Assembly: GCA_964035545.1 (NCBI GenBank)
Contig: OZ037767.1
Location: 20,600,628-20,664,627 of the forward strand
Length of the DNA: 64,000 nucleotides
Direction: 5' to 3'
Source: Bugula neritina
Lineage: Eukaryota; Animalia; Bryozoa
The notes beneath the pieces were generated by a model that saw only the letters and a program-made list of their open reading frames with translations, ran no database searches and was not told the DNA's origin. Both the position numbers and the translations under genes were made by a program. Positions 15,076 to 29,056 of this stretch are shown here, one piece after another (position 1 is the first letter of the stretch; each line of letters starts with the position of its first letter).

Positions 15076-18000
15076 GAATAGACCATGTAAGATTGGTACA
15101 TTTACTACCTTGTACCATTTCTAGAATACTCACCACTATAACTTATATAAACTTCTGCAAGTTCAAATGCAAAATGCATACTTCTAGGAAATAGCTGTGC
15201 AACTTTTATTACATGCATTATTTTATTTCATATCTTGAATTTATGAAACATGAGTTCATTTTTCAAAATGTTTAATTTAAGTGCTTAAAAAATGCAAATA
15301 AAAAGTACAAGTTTAAAAAAATACCCTGGTGCAAATTGACCACAGCCCCAGCTGTTTTGGCAAAACACATTTAATGACATTTTCATTGACATAGTGGTAA
15401 ATGGGCTGGTTGTTTTTGGCAAATGGGTAGCACGCTGGCTGCAACTTTATACAATTCTGATTGGCTGGACTCTACATGACCAGCTAATGATTGTATCTGA
15501 TTGGCCTAATAATTCATTTGCATTTGAAAATGTAGAGTTTTATATAAGTTATAGTGGTGATATTTTAGAGTTGGTACACACCCATTTTTGGTTGAGTTTT
15601 ATAGTCTGATCATGCTGTAGTCATCTACAATACTTCAGTGTATGGGGAAATTATTAGTATTACGAAATCTGTTTTGGCTTATATTGCTATGCCAGTTTTC
15701 TGACTTAGTTTTTCATCAACTATATGCAGGCTGTTATAACTTCGGTGATTTCATCAAAGGTAGACATTACTTGGCCTTAGAACATCAAATCAACCAGTGC
15801 TGTTACTTGGTTGTATTGTAAAGCAGTAGTGAGAGCATAGCACATTAGCACAGTCACCAAGCTGCAATGGCAGTGGCCACACTAAACTCACCAGTTTTAT
15901 TAAAATATCTTATGTAAAGCACTTAAATACACTAGCCTAGTCTGTTAGTATGTAGAGCAGTAACACAGTTACAGCAGTCACACCACCCCTCTCTATCCTG
16001 TCTACCAAGTACAGAGGTTGCAAAAATGATAATCATTTCATGATTTAGTTTTAAATCAATGCATATTACTGAATACATTCTCATGGTCTGATTACTTTGC
16101 GCTTCAGTTTACTTTAATATAATTATTTAAAAAATTGCTTCACACGCATATTACAAATGCATGAACCTACGCTAACCATAAGTTATTTGCTTGTGTACTC
16201 ACTACTATTTTTTTAAAATTTATATAGCATTAGCTTTTTTAATCAATCACATATTAATCTGCAAGAGTTTAATTGCACAGATAATGTAGACATTTTGTAT
16301 AAAAATTAGTATTAACATGTAATGCCTTGCATGTGGGTCTATATTGCCAGTTGGTATCATCACCATATAATACCATGTTGATAACCCTTTCTTGTATATG
16401 ATTTACTTAGCGAAACAGCATGATTATCCTACAAATGTAATGACATTAGCCATGGGACAATATAGTCTAGAATCTATAGACTCTAGATTCTTTTAACTGT
16501 TTTGCTGGATGAAGTGCCTACACTTAGCTGTGAAGCTACTGCAATAACATCAACAATTTTACTAATGAGTTTTCAATACATGTTTTAGTCAGTTGGGTAA
16601 AATACAAAGGTTCTCTGGTATGCTAGAATAAATGGTGATTAAACATTGGATTTGATGAACATTTTTTTCCTATTGTGTGATGCAACATGATATAAGTTAC
16701 AAAGAAATTGCTGATCCCACTAAAACTGTAATGAAGGCATTATATTTCAACACTGACTGCATACAACATTGCTACCAACAAAATATTATCCATATATGAG
16801 GCTGTATTTTGCAAAAATAAGCATCGAGTCTGAGCTGCCATTTTCTTTCACCCAAAAACCATTAATATCAGACTTTAACTTACAAAGCATAGTGGTATAG
16901 CACATGCATATACAATAGCACACCAAAAAAATATATTAAAGTGCTACACTTTATTGGTTACCAAAGGTAGCTGCAGAAAGCACAGCAGACTATTATAATA
17001 TTTTCTAAAAGAGATGCAAACAGTAAGCTTACACCTCCAGGACTATTTGGGATATCAAGTCCTTTATGGTTGATTGCTCTTTTAACCTGGATTCTAAGGA
17101 TATAGCAATTAATTTAGTTTAGAGTTACTGCATTCTAGACAGTTGAAAATGGCCTTTCTTTCCAGGTGGCATGGCTAGGAAATAAGTAAATACTGTAGGA
17201 AGATCGCCATGTAGTAGAAATAGGTGTGCTCCGGAAGCACTATAGTGAAGTTTTAATGGCTGGCATATGGTATTGGATACTAGCCCTCAGAATGTTTTTG
17301 TCATCTTCCTGCCTCAATGGTGGTTGATGATTACTTTGAGTGAGGAAAAACATGTATTGAAAACTCATTAGTATAGCTTCAGAGCTAGGTGCAGATATTT
17401 CCTCGAACAATGACTTGAGACTGAGAAGCTCACGTTAAATATCACTTAAAAATGAAGCAAGCTGCTAACAAAATTACTTCATAGTTGAAAAAACAGGACT
17501 ATATTGTTCTATGGCTGATGGCATTGCATTTGTGGGATAAACATGCTGTTTCACTAAGTAAATAATGTACAAAATAGTCATGATACCAAGTAACAGTGTA
17601 GACTAGCATGCTAAGCACTACAGGTTAAAGCTCATTTTTATATAAATCGTCTATGTTGTCTATTGCTAAAAGCTGTGCATTTTAACTCCTGCAAATAAAT
17701 ATGCAACCAAGTTAAAAAAATTACTGTTGTAATTTTTTTAAGTAAAATAATGGTGGGTACATAAGCTACTAATTTATGCTTAGCACATGCTTATACATGT
17801 GTTCGTCAGTGTGCTGTAAATATATGCTAGTGATGATAAATATGGTGCAGCACTGCCATTACAGTGCGCTGACTGTGCTATGCTATTGCTACTGTTTTGC
17901 AATAGTAACAACAGTGTTTGATTTGCTGCACCTAAACAGTGTCTACCTTCGATGAAATCACCTAAGTTATATAGCTGCCTATGGTTTATTACAAACCAAG

Positions 18001-18632
18001 CCAGAAAACTGGCATAGCAATATAAGCCAGAACAGATTTCGTAATACTAATAATTTCCCCATACACTGAAGTATTGTAGATGACTACAGCATGATCAGAC
18101 TATAAAACTCAACCAAAAATGGGTGTGTACCAACTCTAAAATATCACCACTATAACTTATATAAAACTCTACATTTTCAAATGCAAATGAATTATTAGGC
18201 CAATCATATACAATCATTAGCTGGTCAGGTAGAGTCCAGCCAATCAAAATTGTATAAAGTTGCAGCCAGCCAGCGTGCTACTCATCTGCCAAAAACAACC
18301 AGCCCATTTACCACTATGTCAATGAACATGTCATTAAATGTGTTTTGCCAAAACAGCTGGGGCTGTGGTCAATTTGCACCAGGGTATTTTTTTAAACTTG
18401 TACTTTTTATTTGCATTTTTTAAGCACTTGAATTAAACATTTTGAAAAATGAACTCATGTTTCATAAATTTAAGATATGAAATAAAATAATGCATGTAAT
18501 AAAAGTTGCACAGCTATTTCCTAGAAGTATGCATTTTGCATTTGAACTTGCAGAAGTTTATATAAGTTATAGTGGTGAGTATTCTAGAATTGGTACAAGG
18601 TAGTAAATGTACCAATCTTACATGGTCTATTC
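15076..18632. repeat. Long inverted repeat / foldback element (arms 15076-16586 and 17347-18632, 760-bp spacer)
   Basis: gaatagaccatgtaagattgg... at 15076 is the reverse complement of ...ccaatcttacatggtctattc at 18632. About 10 substitutions and one 4-bp indel were counted by eye over the outer ~625 bp. Diverged similarity continues inward to an exact 26-bp match (16561-16586 / 17347-17372). Confidence 0.93.
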
Positions 18633-20538
18633 CTCAATAAAGTTTATCTACAGCAGGTGGCAAATAGAGCTTCAGGGGAGACAACTGAACAAGATCCTAG
18701 GAGACGTTGAATACGTCATCCTGTGAGAGAGGTTGTGGGCTAAGGCATTTCCACTGTCATTTAACCTTCAGCTGACCAGGATCAGCAGTGGTTAGTGCCA
18801 AATCCCCTGGGAAACCTCATGGTGGGTGATGAGATGGTTGTTTATAACTTGCTCTCAACTTATATATAACTTTGTAGGTCTACTTGACTGTAAAGAGAGA
18901 TGAATTACACAACACATAGACTTCCACTTTCTCTCACACATTAGACTATTAGTTAGAGATGGTCAATCTCAACAAGACACGTGGAAGTTGTAGTTTGTAT
19001 TACCGTTGGTCGGTCAGTAGACATAATTACAGGCAAGACAACTCACAACTGGTAGAATCTAGAAGGCATCGTCATTAAAGTCGGTGGAACTCAACTCAAA
19101 GTCACCCCAGCCAATTTTGCTGGACAGGCCACGTGTCATGCTAAATGCCCTACAAGTGCTATCATGTCATGAATTAGACTCTCCACTTACTCAATTACAC
19201 CCATCATATTTTGCTGCCCAAACTAATTGACTATTTCAAATACTCTAAATGAAAATTAATTATTCAACAGATAGTGATAGCCTTAACCTGTAACACCTCA
19301 GGCAACAGATTAGTTTCTCTTTTTACACTAAAACTGGAACACCAACCAATTAAATAATCGTTTTTCTATATATGCAAGTTGTGCCTCTTTTTATTTAAAT
19401 TCACAGGAAGCAGAAAACTTTATCTTCACGAGACATGGTTGCACAATGGTCACATGTGATCCTTCCACTCTTTCAACAATGAAATTGCCTGACTGGCTCT
19501 TGGGAGATGAATCAAAAGTTTCAACACTGACAGAATGCCAAACTGGACCACATAATCACTTTCGTGGAAAAGGGATGCAAAATTAATATAAAGGCCTGCT
19601 TAATCTACATATTAACAAGCCCTTCCTACCATGTGCAATCCTTGAAAGTGTCAATAACCACCATGTTCTGGAGAATCAAACCTGGTCAACCAACCAGCCA
19701 GCTAGGCAGCTGCACCTTGTAGGTTCCAATGAGCATATTTAGTAGCATTAGTTTTCACAACTAATCCTGTATGCATGAGAAATTGGAGAGCAGTAAACTA
19801 TTGGATCTATTTTTCAATTCCCGTGAGGCTAGTGGCAAGCAACTGATGCCCTTTAATAAGAATGTTATCAACACACTCTGAGTCCAGTCCTGCTATTGAA
19901 AGTACAAACCCTCTGTATTTAAGCACTACTGCCTACAAGACCTGAATCTTTTAGCAAAGAAACAGAAATTAAACTCAGATGGCACTTTCTGAGAATTTTT
20001 GCTGTAATGGTTAACCAGCTGATTGAACTGATATCAAATTATTGCAATCTATTGCATTTAGTACACAAGTTGAATCAGCTTTGAAATTTAGATCACCAAA
20101 AATTTAGATCACCAAAGACTTTTAAAAAGAAAAAGTGATTTAGTTATGATAACACAACTCTAATTAGCAACCCCTATTTTGTGGCATCCTTTATTTGAAT
20201 CTGAAATTGAAGCCTACCAAGTGTTTAAACCAGTTTAAATAAATGAACATGTTTTATTACTTAGAACTTGCTAAGGAAGGCAATTCTGACAAAGAAAATG
20301 CATAATGTGCACAGCAAAGGATGATAATTATAAAAATATGCTAAAACCATTAAACCTGCATTAGTAAAAAATGGTTTCCAGGCAACCAACAGGTTAGTTT
20401 TAGAGGTTTTTGACTACTATACATATTTTATAAATTGAATATAAATATATATAAAGATAACGCAACATAAAAGTTGATTTCTTGTGGAATCAGCTTCCTC
20501 CAAAAGAAATCACAAACTAAAAATTACAGAACTTTTAC

Positions 20539-20588
20539 CTTGAAGGTGCTGAAACAGATGTTGGAAAGCTGTGAAACAAAGTTGTCAT
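20539..20588 (-). CDS. Probable upstream coding exon of a long SPSB isoform (MTTLFHSFPTSVSAPSR)
   Basis: ATG at 20588, 16 codons plus AG, then donor aag|gtaaaa. Phase 2 matches the acceptor at 10651, whose frame stays open for 72 codons before the MRMGQK ATG. A CCAAT-type motif (agccaatcag, 20651-20660) and several CpGs lie just upstream. Confidence 0.55.
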
Positions 20589-23500
20589 TACAAACGGCTA
20601 AGCTATACTATGCTGCCCGTGAGTTAAAAACCAACTGTACTTAATAACAGAGCCAATCAGATGGGTATCAGCTGCCTTGCATTGATTTATCGCAACGAGC
20701 TAACTATAATTATAGAAGCAGACGACAATAGACGCAGCCGAGGGAGTGCCATTATAATAATGCTAAGCAATGACTCAGACTGCACGCAACAGACAAAGGA
20801 TCGTCCAACATACCCAACGCACTACTTGAAAGGCTTCTCTCCCTCTATCCCTAACTGATGTATATATTTTAAAATTGCGAGTTCTTATTCTTCACAAACT
20901 GTATTAGAGTAGAAGTGAAGAAACAACCAGAACAAATTTTAGTAGGAGTTTCAGAGCTGGTAGCAGTCGAAACGAGTTCAGACATGATTATAACTAGTAG
21001 AGAAATTTCCATTACAGGTGATCAGGTGCTAATAGGTTTGCTAGCCAACTGACAATATAGGCAAAGAAGCTGTAACACACTGGGTTACTGAATAGCTGCA
21101 ACAAGCCCACTGCATCTGGCAAGATACTCATACATGCCCAAGAGTATTCTTCAGAACAAAGACAGACCTACTGTAATTAATTGAATTACAACGCAATAAA
21201 CTACTAACTCTGTTTCAACTACCAGTAAGCTAAACTAGCCCAGTCTTGCCTTTGCATTACTCAAACCTTGAGGTTAGCCATAATTGCACATCTCTCACTT
21301 TGATATAAGTTATGTTTTTTTCAAGTTGATAAAGTTTCTAACTTTAGAGTTCAACCATGGCCACATTATTAGGAAGCTATCATTCTCGATCAACTTGTAC
21401 TGAACTATAAAATATAGGTTTCCAAGTGCCCTGGACTGCTTATATTGGGAGCCAGCCATCAATAGTAGCACCATAGTACCAAACTGAAATGAAGTGCCTT
21501 GATGTAAAATAATACTGTGCATAATAGTAGAATCATATTAGCATTTAGCTCCAACAGTTTAAACCCTGATTCATTAAGAAGGAGGTAATTTACTTCCTTT
21601 ATTACATCTGATTCAATGTGATTCAAGTGTTATTTTGAGTGATAATCAGAGTATGAAAGGTCACGAGTTCATAAGAAGAGCATTCAGTAGTGATAGCTGA
21701 GTGAGCGCTACTTAGTGCTCTCTCAAGATTACCACGACTTGGTCAAATTTCAGTTCAGGAGCTTTCAGTGGGCAGAAAAACTGGACTTGCCTCCGTTAGA
21801 ATAAATTATCATCGGTAAAAAGAATTCTTCTTTTATTATAAGTAACAAAGCAAAGGCCACGACATGCAGGTGTTCCAGATCTAACCAATGAGAGAAGCTG
21901 CCGGTTTGAATCACCAGGCTATGATTACTAGACACAAGGCCTATAATGAATAACTAGTTTTATATAAGTAAATGCTTCATCTCTGTTACTCATAGCTGAT
22001 AGTCAATGAGGTGGTGCAGTTACTGTTTGTATATGTTATTAAACTGGCTTAACTACTGAGCACCAGTTGAGATCAGCAACTAAAGCTGAGTCAGAGCTAG
22101 CCTCGTTTTCAAAGTATTCAGTCATATTCTCAGCTTCCTTTGTATATAAAAGGGAATATAAAATGCATTTCACAAGCATTATCTATCACTTGACTACAAT
22201 TTAGCTCTTTAAGAAATATGAAGGGTGGATAGCCTGAATGACGCTAAGTCACATAACATCCTTATTGGTCACTTGTGTAAACACATAATTATCAGTAGCA
22301 GTGTCAGCCATTGACATCGTAGTTTGGTCAGCAACAGCACAGTACACATAAACACAATGTCTATGACACAGTGATGATTGTATCAGCAGTAAACATATCA
22401 CCATGATATAATGTAATCACAGCTATGATAAACACTGTAATGTCACAGCTATTGCCTACTTCACATTACTTCCTGTTTTCTATTGACTTATCATTAAACA
22501 AAAACAACTTTATCAGCACTGATTGCACAATTATGTTGACAACTGCGATGGACTGGTGTTATTTATACTAGTATCAGCTAGACAATTAGTGTTATTTTAT
22601 TCTATGCTTCCACAATCCAAGGTGAAATCTGCAATATGCTGTATCTGACCAACATTGCCTCATGCGCAATCATCAGTGACATGTTTTTGCTCTTATTCTT
22701 ATAGGATGTTGTTTTATTTAATCGAATGATTTTAATTATTTAAATTACACAATCAAATGGCAAAGAACGACTACAGCTAGCTCACAACTTTTCCTCAAGT
22801 AAACCTTCCATTTGCACACCCATATTAGAGTGATACCTACAAGTTACGTGGTGTAACATGGCACAAGCTTCTGGTGGGCCAAATGGGGGAAGCAATTGCT
22901 ATTTCCTTTTCTATAAGATGATGTTAGAATGGCGTGACTTAGTTAATATGATTACATGAGGAAATGACAGAGCAAATTACTAAGCTGATGAAATGGGTTA
23001 CTTAACACGATTGAGAATGCTGCACTTTAAAAAAGGGAGGCAATTCTCACACAAGCATTGTTTGAATATTATGTGTGGCAAAACTAAGACCCAAGTTTCA
23101 AAACCGCTTTATGTAATAAATTCAACATCTTAATCAGTCAATTTCTTTTTAGTAATAAAACAAAGTTCACAAATTTTGTTAAAAAAACCATATTCAAGAT
23201 TATTTTCAATTGCTCTTCAAAATGATAGGATTGTTGAGAATGACAATAGAAAAACATTAAAAAAATGCAAATGAGCTAGAAATATTAAAGTACTTTACCT
23301 AAAACCAAGAAGACCACATGTTGTAAGATATATTGCCAGATATACAATCCCTCAACCACAGATATCTAAAATGCTGGCAGTGAATGCAAATCATATACCA
23401 ACTGATAAATTTGAACTTTTACATCGACTAAAACCTAGAAGATGCCAACTTACTTTATTTGATCTCTACAGACCACGAAAACCGAATTCACGAAGTTGAG

Positions 23501-24921
23501 ACGTCCTGAGAACAATGAAACACCAGTCTGCAATGAAAGTAATAAGGTTCTACAGCGGCCTTCTTTCTTCACGAGTTTCTTTGTTTCTACTGGTGCCTAT
23601 CACAAGGCAGATAATGCAGTCTCCATAAAAAACCAGCTTATTCGTTATGGATCAGTGACCAGAAACATTCATTTCCAAATGCCTCATTAAAGCACTGGCA
23701 AGTTGCCTGAAACCAATGCAAGTTGATTAGGATATGAGAAGGTTGAACTTTGAGTTCCAGCCTCCAGGGTTAAAGAGAGTTCTGGTAAATATAGAAGTTG
23801 GTGAGTCACTGTTTGCCACTGAGTCATCTATAGAGGACTGACTCTACTAAAAAAATTCTCCCCTATTTAGTCACCTCATATGATTTTTTATATTTCAATT
23901 TAAAATACATATTGAGAAGAAAAGATGTAAAGTTGAACATCAACATCCAAGCCAAATGAAGTGAAATATGATGTAATTTACAGAATAAGCCACTAGTGTA
24001 GACTCTACGAGGACACAACTACTGCAGTTGAATAACTGGGGTAGGTTATCGTGTTGATGTGTCAAAGTTCAGTTAGTGGTAGAGATGCCAAGTGAACTTT
24101 TCTGCTATCAACACATGTGCTGAGAGATCATATAGAAGGAGGAATGTAGCTGCATTCTTTGCCAACAACTATCAACACACCTCGTCAGAGCAGTCACAAG
24201 AGGAAATCTGTGTTGATGATTAGTAATCTCTCTTTGCTCAACCAGCACAAATGTTTACAAACTATCACAATTACTTGCAAATAATTTTCTAAACACATAA
24301 AAAAATTCTGCCATTTGGCTACACTGTGGCAGTACTGCACTATTATCTAGATAGCACTTTGTGCTGGCTGTGTAAATTTATGGTGGTTGTTGCATAAGTT
24401 TCTAACTTTCTAAAAATATATTGCATAACCTGTGCAATACAAAACCTGACTCATCACCTTAACAAAACATACTTCTATGGCTGTCAGATAGCCGAGCAGA
24501 ACACAGAAGAGTTGGTTTCAGTGAGTCCGGGAGAGCTTAGCCGTTACTCGGTGCAACTAGACAAAAAGTTTCAATTTTGAAATAAAATACATTTTTTACA
24601 GCTAAGAAACATTAGCCAGCGCACTGAGTGAAGAATATTCTAGTATGTGGAAAAGACCTTTCCAATGCCGAGACAAACAAAGGATATGACAGAAAGAAGA
24701 CAACTTACAGTTGCTGAGTGAACACCGTTTACAGAACATACTTTCAGCAGTATAAAGTTGCCAGACACTGTATTAGAGGCAAAGGATTCTCCACTGTCTT
24801 ACCTTATACAGAAGACAACCCATAGTTTCTTGTGGAATAACTTGATTAAACTCACACTAGGCTACATAACTACTGTAAACTGGTTTTTCAACATTATCTA
24901 GATTGACATTAGCTAAAAAAT

Positions 24922-25038
24922 ACCCCTAATACCTGTGACACCCCTAATATATGTGACACTCCTAATACCTGTGACACCCCTAATACATATGCGACACCCC
25001 TAATACATATGCGACACCCCTGATACCTTTGTGACACC
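24922..25038. repeat. Minisatellite, 18-21-bp unit ACCCCTAATACCTGTGAC
   Basis: About six degenerate tandem copies. Confidence 0.85.
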
Positions 25039-25937
25039 TTCAAGTGAGTATGTCTATTCAGCAGTATACAAGGTACAGTATTCTACAAGCTATAGCTGAC
25101 AAAAGCGCCCCCCCCCCCCCCAGTGACATCCACCCCTTGATACAACAGCTCAATCTCACAAGGCACCTGAAGTGCAATTTTGGCAGTTGAGAAAGTCCTC
25201 TGTATGGTGAACCCACACAGAGACATAGACTTAGTATGTGAAAGACATCCCAACTGTCAGAGTAACGCATAATAAGCAGTTACGGCTCATTCTAACTCTC
25301 AGCTCTGCTTTCCATCAGCTCTGTTAGCAAGAAGTAAAGCAGTCTTACAAGGGAGAGAAATCTCAATACAAATTTAATATCAGTGCTGAGAGTTAAGTTG
25401 AAGTTTGGTTTCAAAATATCAGTCAGTTAAAATACAAGGAAAGTCTAAACCCAGGCCATGGATTTGGTAATAAATGTTCACTAGAGCTTATTACAGAATT
25501 TATATGCTAACTACAACATCTCACTTTGGAAAGAGAGATACAATAAATTATCAGAAATATAGGTCAATGCATACTGAAAGTATTAATTATAACTGTGGCA
25601 GGGAGAAACTTCCTAAATTTAGATAAAAACTTTGTCTGCCAACTATGAATGATTATGTTTAAATTACCAGAGCTATTACCAACCTGGTTGTTACGTGAGA
25701 GCAGATTCACCAATACACCTCTCTTGGACTGACACACTCTACTGCAACCACCTGCAAGCATATACCACAGGTTGTCAGTAATAAGCTGGTATAAGCTAAC
25801 CAAGAAGTGTCCAGTGACAGGCTGTGCTATCCACTCACCCTCACACCTCCCTAATTCCCCCAAATTTGGTTAATCACTAAGTAGGAAGTCTCTACAGGCC
25901 TGACTACCTGCGTACACTGGGCAATAAGTAAGCATGT

Positions 25938-26354
25938 GTAGTAAGTAGTAGGTAGGTAAGTAGAGTAAGTAGTAGGTAACTACATATAGTAAGTAGAGTA
26001 GTAAGTACATATAGTAAGTAGAGTAGCAAGTACATATAGTAAGTAGAGTAGTAACTACATATATCAAGTACATATAGTAAGTAGAGTAGCAAGTACATAT
26101 AGTAACTACATATATCAAGTACATATAGTAAGTAGAGTAGTAAGTACATATAGTAAGTACATATAGTAAGTAGAGTAGTAAGTACATATATTAAGTAGAG
26201 TAGCAAGTACATATAGTAAGTAGAGTAGCAAGTACATGTAGTAAGTAGAGTAGTAGCAAATAGAGCAGTAAGTACATATAGTAAGTAGAGTAGTAAGTAC
26301 ATAATAAGTAGAGTAGTAGTAAGTAGAGTAGTAAGTATAGTAAGTAGAGTAAGT
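25938..26354. repeat. Compound minisatellite, ~25-bp unit AGTAAGTAGAGTAGTAAGTACATAT
   Basis: Tandem copies; source of the Y/L/T-rich spurious ORFs. Confidence 0.9.
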
Positions 26355-29056
26355 ATGCTGAGCAGGTCAATGACACACAAAAGGGCAGCATCTAGGTGAC
26401 TGATAAAAATAGCATAATAGGAAATTGAGGGCCACTGAAGCAAAACAAGACAAGCCTCACTAAATGCCACACTTTTGGTTAGAGGAAGGAATAACAGTAA
26501 CAGCAACCAGATGAAAATAGATTACAAATCTATTTTTAGGTATGAGGATATAGATGGGAGAGGTTTGGACATTTTTAACCACAACAAAGGCTAATAGCTC
26601 ATGAATTTTGATGATTATGTGTTACACAACAAAGGAACCACAATTGAAACAAAAAGCTAGTACAAACTTAGAATTAGAGATTCAGATACTCAATTTAAAG
26701 GGCACGTCTAAATACTACTTGACATACACTCGAGGTGTGCTGGCAGATTCTTGATATGGAGACTTCCTCTACCTAACTTCAACTACTTCTTAGAGATTTC
26801 GTTAAAATACATCCTTAACAATAATGGCTTTAAAACGAATTCTCAATACGAAGCAGGCAACCTCTCCAAACACTTTACATCAACATCTGTTAGACAAGTC
26901 TTAATTGGCCAGCATTTGGAAGTTCTTGAATACCTTCTTGAATATTTGACGAATGATAAATGTATCATTTGTAAACCAGGGTTTTGATCTAAAAGATGCC
27001 ACGAGTGGAATTCTACCAACTACTCATCTAAATCCCCAGTAGAGATGTCAACATAAAGCAGATAGTTGTTGAACTGTCAACTGACATGCCTCACTTGTTT
27101 CAGCTTGCCACAGACATGACAGGCCAGAGTTGCTTCCCTCTGTCAAACAAACCTCTCTGGGTGTAATGTAATGTGACAAGGAAGAACAGGTGCTCTACAG
27201 CTTATACCTCAACCAGAAAGGGAGGAAGGTAAAATAAAGTGAGGCTTATGTCTCGCCAACACAGCTTTTCTTCATTTTATACTTAAGGTTAAATTATAGT
27301 TATTATACAAACCAAATACAAGAATATAATTTTGAACTTCAACTGGAACTGTTATAATAACAGAATTAAAATATAATTTAACTGACACTTGGGCAATTAA
27401 AAACACTTCATTTTAATTGAAGTCTTGATATACTTTGGAAAAGATTAAATAACTTTGGGAGTTAAAGACAGATATGACACTAAAATTCACCAGGGTTGGG
27501 TTAGGCATGAAATGAGATAGCTCGAGTCACCATGGTAACACTATTGTTGTACTCAGCACCAATTGAGAATAATAATGAGCTAGAAACTAGATTTCAAGAT
27601 AATAAAACATGTATCCAAGACTCTGACAGGAAATAACTGAGCAGTGATGAAAACAAGTAAAATTTTAGAGTTTAAAACTGAAGAAACTAAACCAGCTCAC
27701 CATAAAACCTGGAATAATAAAACTCAGCATTTGGATCTCGATAATAAAATTCTTTCAAGGGAAACACTTAACAATGAGAATATATAACTTACTTGACTAA
27801 TTACTGTTGAGAACCCAGATTATAATCAATGTCGCAGAGTTGTCTGTCATCAACATTTATAAGACAACTCTCAACTTTTTTTTCCAAATATGACTAAATG
27901 CAATAGTATGTCGAGCCCTATCACCAACACAATCATATTTATAACCTTGCAGTGCATAGTACACAGTTTTGACTATATAAGACACCACACTGGTAACGTA
28001 ACAGTTCATCCTGACACTACATTTAGTCCTAAGAAGAACTACTGGTATCGGGCAGCTTATTGCACATAGCTACAGCATGAAGCTATCACCATGTTTAAAT
28101 TCTGACTTCCTTGATCAAAATAGAGTAGAGGTGATACTAATACCCTTATTTTCTGAAATACTCATTAAAACCAAGCAGAAAACTGTCTGTAACAAGTACC
28201 ATACTATATTGTAGACAGCCTAAGCTTCAACATAACACTGCTGAGCACACTAATTACTACTATGTTTTTTCAAGTAAAATATTGACTAAATAAAGCACGG
28301 CCCAGCTATAGTACAAAATTATGACACAGTAGAAACTTTTGGTCCTAAAATAAAGACTTTTGCCAGGGCAGGAGATTTTATTGCAGGACTTAAAGTTTGG
28401 TTGTTATATATTTTAATTATTGTATTTACAAAATGATGGTATATATAAAAACCTAAATGACTTGTAAGAAAAAGAAGTAATTTCATAAATTTTATACTTG
28501 AATTTTACCCTGAATAGACATATTATTATGTATTCCAAATGAAAATTATTTTAAAGACTATTACTAGTCTGATTACTTTCAGAAAACTATAATATTAATT
28601 TAAAAAGTAAAATATGAGAAATCAAAGAACAATGGAGATCTAGTGGCTAGAGGGCCGGCATAACTGTAGTGAAATTTTACAAAGTTTCTCTAACATTTCA
28701 CTAAAACAACTGCAAGTGCTAAGTGATGTCAACAAGGAACGGGCACCTGATCTGGGCCGATACCCAGTTAAAGCGTCCCCAACACAAAATCCTAAATATT
28801 TTTAAAACTGTTTTAGCTATCCCAATAAATTATCAGCTTCATTGTATTTGTAAAACTCAGTAGAACCAATTCAATTCTTGTTGCGATGCTGTAAAGCACT
28901 GCTGAAATGGAGCCATTCTGTAACTGCAAAACTACGGCAGCTATGACATTACTTTAATCATAGTTTCAATCAGAAAGAATGCGCCTTTCACCTAAATAAA
29001 TTTTATCAAGTCAAAAAGTTAAAATAGCATTTGACCCACCTATAAGTATAATGCTT

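Noticed and set aside
24803-24823. Minus-strand MGCLLYK|gtaaga micro-exon (myristoyl/palmitoyl-like) for SPSB
   Set aside because: Phase 0 does not fit the phase-2 acceptor at 10651; it would need an unseen intermediate exon.
25870-26506. Y/L/T-rich ORFs of 66-200 aa
   Set aside because: Translations of a minisatellite.
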